Positions 1-9,785 of a DNA stretch of 64,000 nt are shown in pieces. The number at the start of each line of letters is the position of its first letter. Positions within the stretch are counted from its first letter, which is position 1. Both the position numbers and the translations under genes were made by a program. The notes under the pieces are model-generated. The model saw only the letters and a list, made by a program, of their open reading frames with translations, was not told the DNA's origin and ran no database searches. This stretch comes from an uncultured Candidatus Saccharibacteria bacterium (GTDB lineage: Bacteria > Patescibacteriota > CALEFQ01): assembly GCA_965230955.1 (NCBI GenBank), contig OZ246404.1, positions 161,184 to 225,183 of the forward strand. The letters are read 5' to 3'.

Positions 1-1
1 T

Positions 2-1966
2 TTTGATCGGATTGCCGGCGCTTTTTGGGACAAAGAGGAAAATGATCAATCCAGTCCCGCGCTTGATTTAAAATTATCGCCGACCAACGTGACGAAGGGC
101 GGAGAACTGAATGTCACCGTCTCGCCCCAAAACTTTCGCACGATGGTTCGGAATTTGTATTTGAACTGGTGCCTGACTAACGGCGAAACCGGCGCCACCA
201 AGAGTTATAATGAAGTGATCGCGGGCGGCAAACCGGCGCAAACGTACGCTCAAGCCGGCTGGGCCGCCGGCGGCTGTTGCTCGCCGCTGACTCGGTCGGT
301 GACTTCTGACACCGACAACGACGGTATGGATGATCAGTGGGAACGGAATAATTTTTTGGGCCGGGAAGTAAACGGCGTGTTGGTGACCGAAAGCAATATC
401 GATACCGTCATCCAGCCCGGTGATGATTTGGATCACGACGGATACTACGCCCGTAAATTTGTAAACAAAGAAGGCCGGCCGGTGACGGCCGCGCCGGCGT
501 TGATTGATCATTTGGGCCGGATTTATTATCCCGGCGCCGGCGATACGCGTTTGACCAATGTCGAAGAATTTATTTTAGGCACTGATCCGATGGATGGCGA
601 TACCGATAACGACGGTTGGGGCGATGAGATGGACTATATGGGAATCGGCGCGACCACTTTTTCTTTCCCGGTGGAATTGGCACCCGGACCGAGCGGTTAT
701 TACCTGATCACATCGATCGCGGCCGGTATAAACAGCAACGGTGAGGTTTCGGTGGCGGCGCGCAGTAAGCGCTTTGATGTTTCCGAGGGTGAAAATTTGG
801 AAGTGTCGCTGTCCAGTCCGCAAACGAGCATGATTATCGATGAGCAGCCGCCGGGAGGATTTATCAAACTGAATGTCAGTATTGCGGGCGGGGAAGTCGA
901 GCCGGAAGATTTATATTTTGAATGGTTTTTCAACGGTCAGCCGGTTTGTGATTCGGATAAATACCGTGATTTTTGCCAGATGGGGCGGGATAGTATTGAA
1001 CTGGGCGGGGACGGGAAAGCGCTGATTGATTTGCCGGGCCTGGACGGGAAAGCGATCAATTTACAGCCCGGCACTCCGTATCTTTTTGCGGTCCGGGTCA
1101 CGGATCCGGCCTCTCGTCGGAGCGCCGACGCTGCTTTATACGTGCCGTTGGCTCAAGCTTTGCATCTCACCACTGCTTGTTCGGCCGGCGCCACCGACTC
1201 TTCCGCTATCCCGACGGATTCCGGCGAAACGACGACTATTTGCGTCGAGGAGTTCCAGGCGGGTAGTACCACGGCGGCCGGTTTCACCAAAGCCAATTGG
1301 CAGTGGTCGTTGGACGATGTCAGCGTCCAGGAACAATCCGGTATCGGCAAAAGCACGTTGACTATTACCGAGTCGGAATTAGCCGGCGGACAGCCCAAAG
1401 TGGTAGCCGAAATATTTGATGTAGCGGCGGGCGGTTTACTGGCTCGGGCGGCGCGGGATTTCGCGACTACCGGTCCGACCGTCGAAATTACTGAGCCGGT
1501 ATCGGAATACTACGGCGGCGGACGAGGGACCGACAATCGACTGGTTCACGGTCAACCCGGCGAGACTCTCCGTTTTGTTGCCACGGCCGTAAATTTCCCG
1601 GTCACCGGCGAAATCAATTTTTCCTGGCAGGCGGGCGGAGCCCAAAGCCAAGGTGTTGGTTTGTCGACTTTTGAATATACGATTCCTCTGGACGCCAAAG
1701 CGGGCCAAGATATTCCGGTGACCATCATGGCGCAAACCCGGTCTGCGACCGGACAAACGCTCATGGCTGAAGATAATATTACCCTCTTGGTCGGCGCGAC
1801 TTCCGGGGTGGCGGGATTGGGCGAAAAATTTCAAGCCGGGCTGGCCAAGGTGGCGAATTTGATCCCGGCCAGCTATCGCCTGGCTTTCACGATAGTAATT
1901 TCCGGCGCATTAATCGCCGGGCTGGCTTGGTTGGTCATGCGTTTATTGAAAATCGGTTCACTATAA
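2..1966 (+). CDS. Surface protein (5'-partial) with DxDxDG Ca-binding (thrombospondin type-3-like) motifs, Ig/PKD-like domains and C-terminal TM anchor; paralog 1
   Basis: Frame is open from the window start (FDRIAGAFWDK...); DTDNDGMDDQWE and EEFILGTDPMDGDTDNDG motifs; hydrophobic C-terminal helix; collinear with the next two ORFs. Confidence 0.8.
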   Translation, partial: FDRIAGAFWDKEENDQSSPALDLKLSPTNVTKGGELNVTVSPQNFRTMVRNLYLNWCLTNGETGATKSYNEVIAGGKPAQTYAQAGWAAGGCCSPLTRSVTSDTDNDGMDDQWERNNFLGREVNGVLVTESNIDTVIQPGDDLDHDGYYARKFVNKEGRPVTAAPALIDHLGRIYYPGAGDTRLTNVEEFILGTDPMDGDTDNDGWGDEMDYMGIGATTFSFPVELAPGPSGYYLITSIAAGINSNGEVSVAARSKRFDVSEGENLEVSLSSPQTSMIIDEQPPGGFIKLNVSIAGGEVEPEDLYFEWFFNGQPVCDSDKYRDFCQMGRDSIELGGDGKALIDLPGLDGKAINLQPGTPYLFAVRVTDPASRRSADAALYVPLAQALHLTTACSAGATDSSAIPTDSGETTTICVEEFQAGSTTAAGFTKANWQWSLDDVSVQEQSGIGKSTLTITESELAGGQPKVVAEIFDVAAGGLLARAARDFATTGPTVEITEPVSEYYGGGRGTDNRLVHGQPGETLRFVATAVNFPVTGEINFSWQAGGAQSQGVGLSTFEYTIPLDAKAGQDIPVTIMAQTRSATGQTLMAEDNITLLVGATSGVAGLGEKFQAGLAKVANLIPASYRLAFTIVISGALIAGLAWLVMRLLKIGSL

Positions 1967-1972
1967 GCAATA

Positions 1973-4960
1973 ATGAATTTCCACACGCTTAAATCTGCCA
2001 GATTGATTTACGGGTTGATTGCCGGCGGTTTTTTCTTTTTATTTTTCTGTCTGCCTCAGCTGGCGTCGGCGTATAGTTTTGATCTGAGTTTGTCCGGTGG
2101 AGAATCGGCCGCTAGCGCCGAGCTTTCTTCGGAGATCGGCAATTGGGAAGTTAACGGCGGAGAATTTGTGAGCGACGGATATTTGTTAAGTACGAGCAGT
2201 CTGATTCGGTTGAAATTACCGAATAACTTGCCGGTAGGCCATGTCAAAATCAGATTTGAAGCGAAGGGCATTGATAATGATGTCAAAGCTTTGCCGGCGG
2301 GAGCCCAAGACGGATACATGTTCAGTCTTGGAAATGAGTGGTGCAATCCTTGCCCCCAGGAGGGTTATAATCAGGGCTGTGACGCGGCCAATTTCGGAGT
2401 CAGCCTGAAGAAATGGCCCGCTAATATGGGAGGAGACGCCTATTCAAATAGTATTTTGGCTCAAGGCTGGAGCGGCTTATTTAATGGCACGGCGGTTCCC
2501 GGAGCGGGCGTAGGCGATCAGTTTAATTGGGAAGATTATACCGGTTTCTATACGGTGGAATTGGATTTACATGCCGGCAGTAGCAGCGGAACGTTGAGTG
2601 TCTGGAAAGGAGATCCCAATGCCGGGGCGGCGCCGGTTCTAAATTCACCGAGCGGAGTACCTTATGGTTTATTGAAGTATGATAATCGAGATGATCTCAA
2701 AGTCGGTATCGGCGCGGAAGCGCCGGGCGAACCGTCGTATGGGGGAGTGACGATCCGCAATGTCAGTTTGCTGATGGAAGAAGAAGCTGCTCCGGCCGGT
2801 CATCCCACGTATCCGACGCAATGCGCGAATGAGGATCCGGAAGATAATATTTACGGAGTGTGTTCGTGCGTGGGCGGATCGCTATCCGATCCGGTGCCTT
2901 GCGAGGACACATATGTCGCCGGAGACAAACGCAAAGCGACGGTAATGAATCAATTCCCGTTTGAATTCGATCATTGGAAAATTGCTTGGGATCCAACCTG
3001 GACCATCAAAAGCATGATGAAAGAATTTGAGGCCAAGGATAAAGAAACGCAGATGCCGGCTTCGGTCGAAGTGCAATTTACTCCGCCGTCGCCCAAGGAA
3101 GGCGATCAAGCCGGGGCGGTCGCGACCGCTCTTAATTTCCGGACCCGGCCCAATAATTTGTATTACGCCTGGTGTCTGGTTGATGGCGACAGAGTTTGGC
3201 CGATGAACAGCGTGGTGGCGGGCGGCACCAGGCCGGAAAACGCTTCCGACAAACCATTTGATGAAAAAGGCTGCTGTGGTCCGATTACCCGGACGCCGAC
3301 GGTTGATAAAGATAACGACGGGATGGATGATAATTGGGAAATAGAAAAATTCATTGGACGGGCAGGGACCAATTACACTTCGATCGAAGAAGTCCGTCCG
3401 GGCGATGATCCGGATTCTGACGGATTTAAAGCCAGTAATTTCAAAAATGAAAACGGGCAGACTTTGACGGTGGCACCGGGGATGAGAGACAGTAAGGGTA
3501 ACGGTTATGTTACCGGCCAGACCGGTTCTTTCGCCAATATTGAGGAATACATTGCCGGCACCGATCCGCTTAACGGCGATACGGACGGTGACGGATTCGG
3601 CGATGAAATGGATTACGTGGGAGTGGGGCAATCAAATCTGCCTTTTGATATTGAGAAATCAGCCGGGCCGAACGGATACTATGATGTCGGAGTGTCGGTA
3701 GTGGGAATCGATAGCCGGAAAAAAACGGCTTTGACCAGTTCCAAACAGCGGATATTTATCGGCGACGATGATCAGTTGGAAGTTACATTGGACGCCGACA
3801 AAGAAGTTCTGACCTTTGGCTCCGATCAATCACTGGTGATTCAAGCCGATACGATCGCCGGATCGGAAACAAATCGAATTTTGTATTACGAATGGTCGCT
3901 AAACGGCGACTCAGCTTGCGATAAGTACGGCTACGAAAACGAAGACCTGTGCGATGTCGGCAAAGATGAACTAAAAATCGGCGCGGGCGGAATCAGTCCT
4001 TTGGATTTGCCGGCACCGACCTCGGAAGATTATACGATTGGGGTCAAGGTGCGCGACCAGGCGAGCCGCGATGAAGCCGAAGCGACTCTGGTCTTGCCGG
4101 TGGCTTACGCCGTCACTCTGACCACGGTTTGCAATGGACAAACCCAAGAGATAAATTCATTACCGGTAAACAGCGGGGACACTTTAGGGATTTGCATCGC
4201 CGAAATTGATGAAATCACGGCGGAGATGGAAGCGGCCAAATTGAATTTTGTTTGGAGTTATGATGGCGTCAATGTGGCTGAACAATCCGGCTTAGGGAAA
4301 ACACAATTTACCTTGGTGGCGGATGGTGATGCCGGCGCGACTCATACCGTGGCGGTCAGGATAAAAGATCCCAATCGCGCCCGGGAATTCGCCAATGGTT
4401 CTCGCCAGTTTGGCGTCGGCGGGCCGCGTGTCTCCATTGTGGAGCCGGCTGATCGGATCACTTTCAGTGACCAGGTTGTTCCCGGGGAGACGCGTTTTAT
4501 CGCTGTTCGGCCCGGAGAAAAATTACCCTTGGGCGCGAACCAGGAGAACTTTATTGGCACTCAGGGTTGGGTTGTGAACTGGCAGATCAATGGTGCGGCG
4601 GCTAATTCATACACCCTGTCGACTTTTGAACCAGGGGAAAAGCACTTGTTCACGTTCGATGTGCCGGCGGAGGCTCGGGACGGGCAAGTTTATACGATTA
4701 ATTTTTCCATTACCGCTATCGATAATGATCCGCCGGAATCGGCCAGTGACTCGATCAAGGTTGTCGTCGGTCCGGAGTCCGGCGTCCTGGGGCGGGCTAA
4801 TCCTTTTTTCAGCACGATGGCGGCGGTATTCAATCAAGTGCCGGAAATATTCAGACAGCTGATCACTTATGCCGGTATTTTGGCCGCGGTCTTTTTCGCC
4901 CTGGTTTTTCTTTACCCGAAGGTCAGCCGCTTTTTAGAAAACCGTCAGTCGAAAAAATAA
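1973..4960 (+). CDS. Secreted, membrane-anchored surface protein; paralog 2
   Basis: Signal peptide (..LASA|YS); DKDNDGMDDNWE and EEYIAGTDPLNGDTDGDG; C-terminal TM followed by a basic tail. Confidence 0.82.
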   Translation: MNFHTLKSARLIYGLIAGGFFFLFFCLPQLASAYSFDLSLSGGESAASAELSSEIGNWEVNGGEFVSDGYLLSTSSLIRLKLPNNLPVGHVKIRFEAKGIDNDVKALPAGAQDGYMFSLGNEWCNPCPQEGYNQGCDAANFGVSLKKWPANMGGDAYSNSILAQGWSGLFNGTAVPGAGVGDQFNWEDYTGFYTVELDLHAGSSSGTLSVWKGDPNAGAAPVLNSPSGVPYGLLKYDNRDDLKVGIGAEAPGEPSYGGVTIRNVSLLMEEEAAPAGHPTYPTQCANEDPEDNIYGVCSCVGGSLSDPVPCEDTYVAGDKRKATVMNQFPFEFDHWKIAWDPTWTIKSMMKEFEAKDKETQMPASVEVQFTPPSPKEGDQAGAVATALNFRTRPNNLYYAWCLVDGDRVWPMNSVVAGGTRPENASDKPFDEKGCCGPITRTPTVDKDNDGMDDNWEIEKFIGRAGTNYTSIEEVRPGDDPDSDGFKASNFKNENGQTLTVAPGMRDSKGNGYVTGQTGSFANIEEYIAGTDPLNGDTDGDGFGDEMDYVGVGQSNLPFDIEKSAGPNGYYDVGVSVVGIDSRKKTALTSSKQRIFIGDDDQLEVTLDADKEVLTFGSDQSLVIQADTIAGSETNRILYYEWSLNGDSACDKYGYENEDLCDVGKDELKIGAGGISPLDLPAPTSEDYTIGVKVRDQASRDEAEATLVLPVAYAVTLTTVCNGQTQEINSLPVNSGDTLGICIAEIDEITAEMEAAKLNFVWSYDGVNVAEQSGLGKTQFTLVADGDAGATHTVAVRIKDPNRAREFANGSRQFGVGGPRVSIVEPADRITFSDQVVPGETRFIAVRPGEKLPLGANQENFIGTQGWVVNWQINGAAANSYTLSTFEPGEKHLFTFDVPAEARDGQVYTINFSITAIDNDPPESASDSIKVVVGPESGVLGRANPFFSTMAAVFNQVPEIFRQLITYAGILAAVFFALVFLYPKVSRFLENRQSKK

Positions 4961-4970
4961 TTTTCTAATC

Positions 4971-7802
4971 GTGAAGTGTCTAATTTTTTTATTTCATCGT
5001 CTGTTTTTTTTCACCGCGGTGGTTGCGGGCGCTTTTGTAATTTGGTTTTGCTGCCCAATGTCGGCCAAAGCCGAGATTTTGACCTACCCATCTTTTAGCA
5101 CGCCTTCGGAAACCTCCGGACAGGAATGGAAAGTGGGGGAGGCGGCCGGCGGCGCGATTGTCATCGGATCATTGGAATTTGATGTGTCCGATTTGAGTCA
5201 AGCCAATCTCCTCAAGCACCAGATTTTCGCTATGTTTGATGCCTCTCAGCCTACTGCCTTTGCCAATCACGGTTACTGGATTCATTTTCGGAAACGCGCC
5301 GAGTTACCTTTCGACGGCCCGGGTTTCCAGTTTAAATTACAGGTGGATTGCTCGTGGGATGATGAGAACGTCAAAATCGATCCGGCGGGCTGGATGCCGG
5401 ATCGCACTTATCATTTTACTTTTTCTTGGGATCGCGATTCGACTAAGGTGGAAGTCTTTGATCCCGTCACCGGCCAGTCGGAAATATCGGAATTGCCTTT
5501 GCCCTCGCCCTTCAAAGCCCAGGATCAAGCGATTGTTTTCGGGGTGGCGGGTTTGGCCAATAGCGCCGCTTTTCCGGCCGAGCCGGGCGCGCATTATAGC
5601 AATATCACTTTGAATGCCCAAGAAGTCATCGCGGAGTTTGACGATTTCAATGGTTATCCGGCCTGTGAATTTGACGGAGGATGCGGGTGCGTCACCGAAG
5701 GCGATCCTTTTTCGGCTCCTTGTTCCGAGGCCAGCAGTACTCGGCCGCCGGAACCGGCCGATGATCCTTTCACCACTTCACTAAAGAGCGGACTGAAATG
5801 GAATTGGAAGATGAAAGATATGGCCGATTATTTATCCTGGCGCGAGAATAACGACCAAGATAATCCCGATGTCGAGATCCAGTCGATGACGCCGGGTTTG
5901 CCGCGCGGCGAAAAAGCGTCTTTTACCGCGGTTGCCCAGAATTACCGAACTCGAACAGATAATATATATTATTCCTGGTGCGTGCGCGACAGTTTGACCG
6001 GCAAAACCGCCAATTACAATAGCGTCATGGCCGGCGGTTTGTTGGCCGAAACATCCGATCTGAAACAGCCGGATGGTCATGGCCAGTGTTGCCAATGGAT
6101 CACTCGCCGGCCAACCGTCGATTTGGATGATACCAACGGCGACGGCCGGCCCGAAGGCGACGGGATGGATGATAATTGGGAGCGTCAGAAATTTGTCGGC
6201 CGGGAGGTGAATGGCCGGACTTATAATACGATTGAAGAAGTATTGCCGGATGATGATCCCGATCAGGACGGCACGGTGATGAATCGTTTCATCAATGCCG
6301 ATGAAGGCGTCCCGGTGACGGTGGTGGCCGGCCTGGTGGATTCGCTGGGAAATAAATATATCGCGGGCGGATCTGCGGGAAAACTTCGAAATGTGGAAGA
6401 ATATATTTTAGGAACCGATCCGCTCAACGGCGACACCGACGGCGACGGTTATGCCGACGAGGCGGATTATCTAGGCGAAGGCCAGAGCGTTCTGGAATTC
6501 GTGCCGGAGCAAGCGGTCGGAACCGGGTTTTACGAGGTCCAGGTTTCGACAGTGGGACTGAGCTCTCGGAAGAAAACTTATGTGGCTCTCGCTACGCGCC
6601 GAGTTTATCCCAGCCTCAAAGAACAGTTCAGTATTTCATTATCTTCCGATCGGAATGTGATCCCGGTGGGCTCAAATGATTCCACCAAAGTTAATTTGAT
6701 CGTCAATGTGCTGGGCGGCGATGCCAGTGGCGCTCAACTGGATTTCAGCTGGACTTTCCAGGGTGAAAGCGTCTGCGATGCGCAAAAATATCCAGAGTTG
6801 AGCAAGTTTTGCGATTTCAATCAGGGCCGGATATCTCTCGGAGGAAACGGCGCGCTGGCTTTTAAAGATTTACCGGGGATGGATCAGGTGCCGGAAGGGG
6901 GAGACTATATCATCGGTGTTCGAGCCGTCGATAGTGCGTCGCGCCAGGATGCCAGCGCCGAACTTCGTTTGAAAAAGGGCTCGGCTCTGACGTTGACGCC
7001 GGCTTGCGACGGAGCGCGCGACGAGACGGTCAGCGTGCCGGCCAACGGCGGATCGACAGTCATTTGCATCAGTGAATACGGAGTGGCCGATTTGGATCCA
7101 GCCGGTGCCGCTTTTAATTGGGCGATCGACGGTGTGATTGATCAGAATCAGAGCGGTCTGGGTCGGGACCATTTTACTTTATGGGCGACCAAGCCGGCCG
7201 GGTCAAGCCAACAGGTTGATTTAAAAATATTGTACGGCTCCAGTTTGGAGCGGGAATTGCTGGGATCAATCAACGTGCCGGTCGTCGGTGCGCTGGTAGA
7301 AATAAATAAGCCGGCGGATCGGATTGAGCCCGGCGATGGCAATGTTCCCCAAGCTACTCGCCTGATACGCGTGGCTCCGGGGGAGACGATTACTCTGGGC
7401 GCGCGCGCGGAGGCTTTTGGAGCAATTGATTCCTATCAGTGGTCGTGGCAGGCGGGCGAAAGCTCAAGTAGTACCGAAGGGGCAAACTCCGAATCTGATT
7501 TTACTTATTCCGTGCCGGTTGGGGCCTCGATAGGGGAAGTGATACCGGTCTCGGTCACGGCGCGCGGGCAAAATCAAACCGGCCGAATCACGGATGCCGG
7601 CGATACCATTTCGTTGCTGGTCGGTAGCGGTAGCGGGCGACTCGGCGCGGGAGGCGGATTGTCGCGGACCTTCGCCGCTTTATCGGCGGTGATACCGGCT
7701 CAGTATCGGGCGAGTTTTCAATTAATCGCACTGGTGGCCGGGGCACTGGGTGTGCTATTGGCCGGATTATATTTTTATAGTCGAATGACTTCCAAGAGAT
7801 GA
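4971..7802 (+). CDS. Secreted, membrane-anchored surface protein; paralog 3
   Basis: Signal peptide (AKA|EI); GDGMDDNWE and EEYILGTDPLNGDTDGDG; C-terminal TM. Confidence 0.82.
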   Translation: MKCLIFLFHRLFFFTAVVAGAFVIWFCCPMSAKAEILTYPSFSTPSETSGQEWKVGEAAGGAIVIGSLEFDVSDLSQANLLKHQIFAMFDASQPTAFANHGYWIHFRKRAELPFDGPGFQFKLQVDCSWDDENVKIDPAGWMPDRTYHFTFSWDRDSTKVEVFDPVTGQSEISELPLPSPFKAQDQAIVFGVAGLANSAAFPAEPGAHYSNITLNAQEVIAEFDDFNGYPACEFDGGCGCVTEGDPFSAPCSEASSTRPPEPADDPFTTSLKSGLKWNWKMKDMADYLSWRENNDQDNPDVEIQSMTPGLPRGEKASFTAVAQNYRTRTDNIYYSWCVRDSLTGKTANYNSVMAGGLLAETSDLKQPDGHGQCCQWITRRPTVDLDDTNGDGRPEGDGMDDNWERQKFVGREVNGRTYNTIEEVLPDDDPDQDGTVMNRFINADEGVPVTVVAGLVDSLGNKYIAGGSAGKLRNVEEYILGTDPLNGDTDGDGYADEADYLGEGQSVLEFVPEQAVGTGFYEVQVSTVGLSSRKKTYVALATRRVYPSLKEQFSISLSSDRNVIPVGSNDSTKVNLIVNVLGGDASGAQLDFSWTFQGESVCDAQKYPELSKFCDFNQGRISLGGNGALAFKDLPGMDQVPEGGDYIIGVRAVDSASRQDASAELRLKKGSALTLTPACDGARDETVSVPANGGSTVICISEYGVADLDPAGAAFNWAIDGVIDQNQSGLGRDHFTLWATKPAGSSQQVDLKILYGSSLERELLGSINVPVVGALVEINKPADRIEPGDGNVPQATRLIRVAPGETITLGARAEAFGAIDSYQWSWQAGESSSSTEGANSESDFTYSVPVGASIGEVIPVSVTARGQNQTGRITDAGDTISLLVGSGSGRLGAGGGLSRTFAALSAVIPAQYRASFQLIALVAGALGVLLAGLYFYSRMTSKR

Positions 7803-8773
7803 AAATTATTAACTTTTTTTCACAATTCAACGGTCGGACGGCAGTATTGCTCGGTCTGATAGTTTTGGGCTGTTTGCTGGCGGGCATGCCTTTCTTGACT
7901 CAGGCCGGGACGGTGAATCTGGAAGTAGGGATCGGTACCAACACCACGACCGAAGGTATATCGTTTTATATCGGCATGATTTATCGTTTTGCCGCGGCGA
8001 TCGTCGGGGTGATCGCGGTGATCATGATCATCATCGGTGGGATCCAGTATTCCGCTTCGGCCGGCAATCCCGCCGCCTTGGGTTCGGCCAAGGAGACGAT
8101 TACCAGTGCGATTATCGGCCTGGTGATTGTGTTGATGTCTTATTTGATTTTAGGTGTTTTCAGTTCGCGTTTCACGAATTTGTCCGAGCCGGTTTTGGAT
8201 CCGGTTGATATTCCCGCGACGGATAAACCGGCGAATGATCCCACCGGAGCCAATTGTCCGGGAACGTCAATGACCGATGCCAGGACAAATCTGGATTTGG
8301 ATGAAACGTGCACCAGTATCTGTCGTTTTGGGAAATACAGTGCTAAGTCGTATAAACCGAACGTAAATACCGTTTGCTGTATTTGCACGGCCGGTGGGAC
8401 TTGCCCCGGTGGATATATATATTCTCAAGATCGAAGCCAGTGTGATATGTTTTGTCGGCAGAATTTGAATATAGGAGTTGAGGATTATAAGGCTAATTGC
8501 TGCAAATGCCGTTCCTGTCCGGCCGGAAGCCGGCGAATATCCGATTTGGGCGGGCAGTCTTGCAGTCAAGCATGCGGCACCTTGGGGGTAGCCCAGGAAA
8601 CAGCCGAGTGTTGTACCTGTAATGCGGAGTCTCAATTACCATGCCAGATTGACGGCGCTTACTATTGTAATGCCGACAAAAAAAGCGTGGATAGTTTTTG
8701 TCAGACCTCGTTTTCGCCGGATCAAAATTGTAGAGTATCCCAAGAAGGCAGCCAATGGTGTTGTCGGCCTTGA
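7799..8773 (+). CDS. VirB2/TrbC-like CPR pilin with Cys-rich C-terminal repeats
   Basis: AVIMIIIGGIQY..SAGN...AKETITSAIIGLVIVLMSYLIL pilin signature; 24 Cys in the tail. Confidence 0.75.
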   Translation: MKIINFFSQFNGRTAVLLGLIVLGCLLAGMPFLTQAGTVNLEVGIGTNTTTEGISFYIGMIYRFAAAIVGVIAVIMIIIGGIQYSASAGNPAALGSAKETITSAIIGLVIVLMSYLILGVFSSRFTNLSEPVLDPVDIPATDKPANDPTGANCPGTSMTDARTNLDLDETCTSICRFGKYSAKSYKPNVNTVCCICTAGGTCPGGYIYSQDRSQCDMFCRQNLNIGVEDYKANCCKCRSCPAGSRRISDLGGQSCSQACGTLGVAQETAECCTCNAESQLPCQIDGAYYCNADKKSVDSFCQTSFSPDQNCRVSQEGSQWCCRP

Positions 8774-8816
8774 TCTCGCTGGGCTAATGCCGGTGAATTT
8801 GCTATTATGGTAAATA

Positions 8817-9782
8817 ATGAATACTTTTTCTAAAAAACTGATTTGGCTGGTCATCGTTTTAATGGCGGTGGTTTGGTTTAGTCCTTTTTGGGTTCAGGCC
8901 GAGACGACGAGAATCGTTCCGAAAAATGCGGTCAATTTGGAAGTGGGAATCGGCGGTTTCAATCAAGTGAAGGGCGGAATTGTTGACTACATCGGCCAGA
9001 TTTACATTTTTGCTACGGCAATTGTCGGCGGTTTGGCGGTGGTGATGATTATCATCGGCGCGGTGCAGTATTCCTCTTCAGCCGGCAACAAGGCGGCCAT
9101 GGGCTCCGCCAAAGAAACAATTACCAGCGCGATTATCGGATTGGTGATTGTGCTTATGGCGTATTTGATCCTTGGGACATTTAGCGGAGATTTTGTGAAT
9201 TTGGTGAATCCGAGGCTGGAGGTTCTGGATATTTCCGATCAGGCGCCAGGCAAAGCGGGTTGTTCTTGGCAAACCGGTACCTCTTGCTCTGATCCTGTCA
9301 ATTTCAGGCAAGGTGATGCGGTAGAGTGTGGCGGTACGGCCGAGGCAGGAAAAGTTTGTTGTTGTCAAAGAGTTGATACTCTTCCGGGAACGTGTTTTGA
9401 TTTTTCCGCGGATAAAAATTCCTGTGATCCAGACAACGGGAAAAGAAATTGCTTTAAGCCGATAAGTGGACCATATAATAGTTTGACCGGTTGTACGGTT
9501 AATTGTACCAATAAAAACCCAGCTAATTTCTGTAAGGAGTCACCAGTAGCTGATGGCCAGCAATCTTCAGCGTATTGTTGTTATGAAGATGTTACTCCTC
9601 CTCCTTCTGGTGTCCCAGAGTGTCCGGCCGATACCACGACCGGGCGAATGTATGACTATTACGACCAATGCAAGCGAGCTTGTGGTGTGGCGGGCGATAA
9701 ATGTTGTCGAGCGGCAGATTTGACCACGTGTGTAGCGGCTAGTAGCTCGGACAAGAATTGGTGCTGTATGCTAAATCCGTAA
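8817..9782 (+). CDS. Second VirB2/TrbC-like CPR pilin with a different Cys-rich tail
   Basis: AVVMIIIGAVQYSSSAGNK...AKETITSAIIGLVIVLMAYLIL; 22 Cys in the tail. Confidence 0.75.
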   Translation: MNTFSKKLIWLVIVLMAVVWFSPFWVQAETTRIVPKNAVNLEVGIGGFNQVKGGIVDYIGQIYIFATAIVGGLAVVMIIIGAVQYSSSAGNKAAMGSAKETITSAIIGLVIVLMAYLILGTFSGDFVNLVNPRLEVLDISDQAPGKAGCSWQTGTSCSDPVNFRQGDAVECGGTAEAGKVCCCQRVDTLPGTCFDFSADKNSCDPDNGKRNCFKPISGPYNSLTGCTVNCTNKNPANFCKESPVADGQQSSAYCCYEDVTPPPSGVPECPADTTTGRMYDYYDQCKRACGVAGDKCCRAADLTTCVAASSSDKNWCCMLNP

Positions 9783-9785
9783 TTT

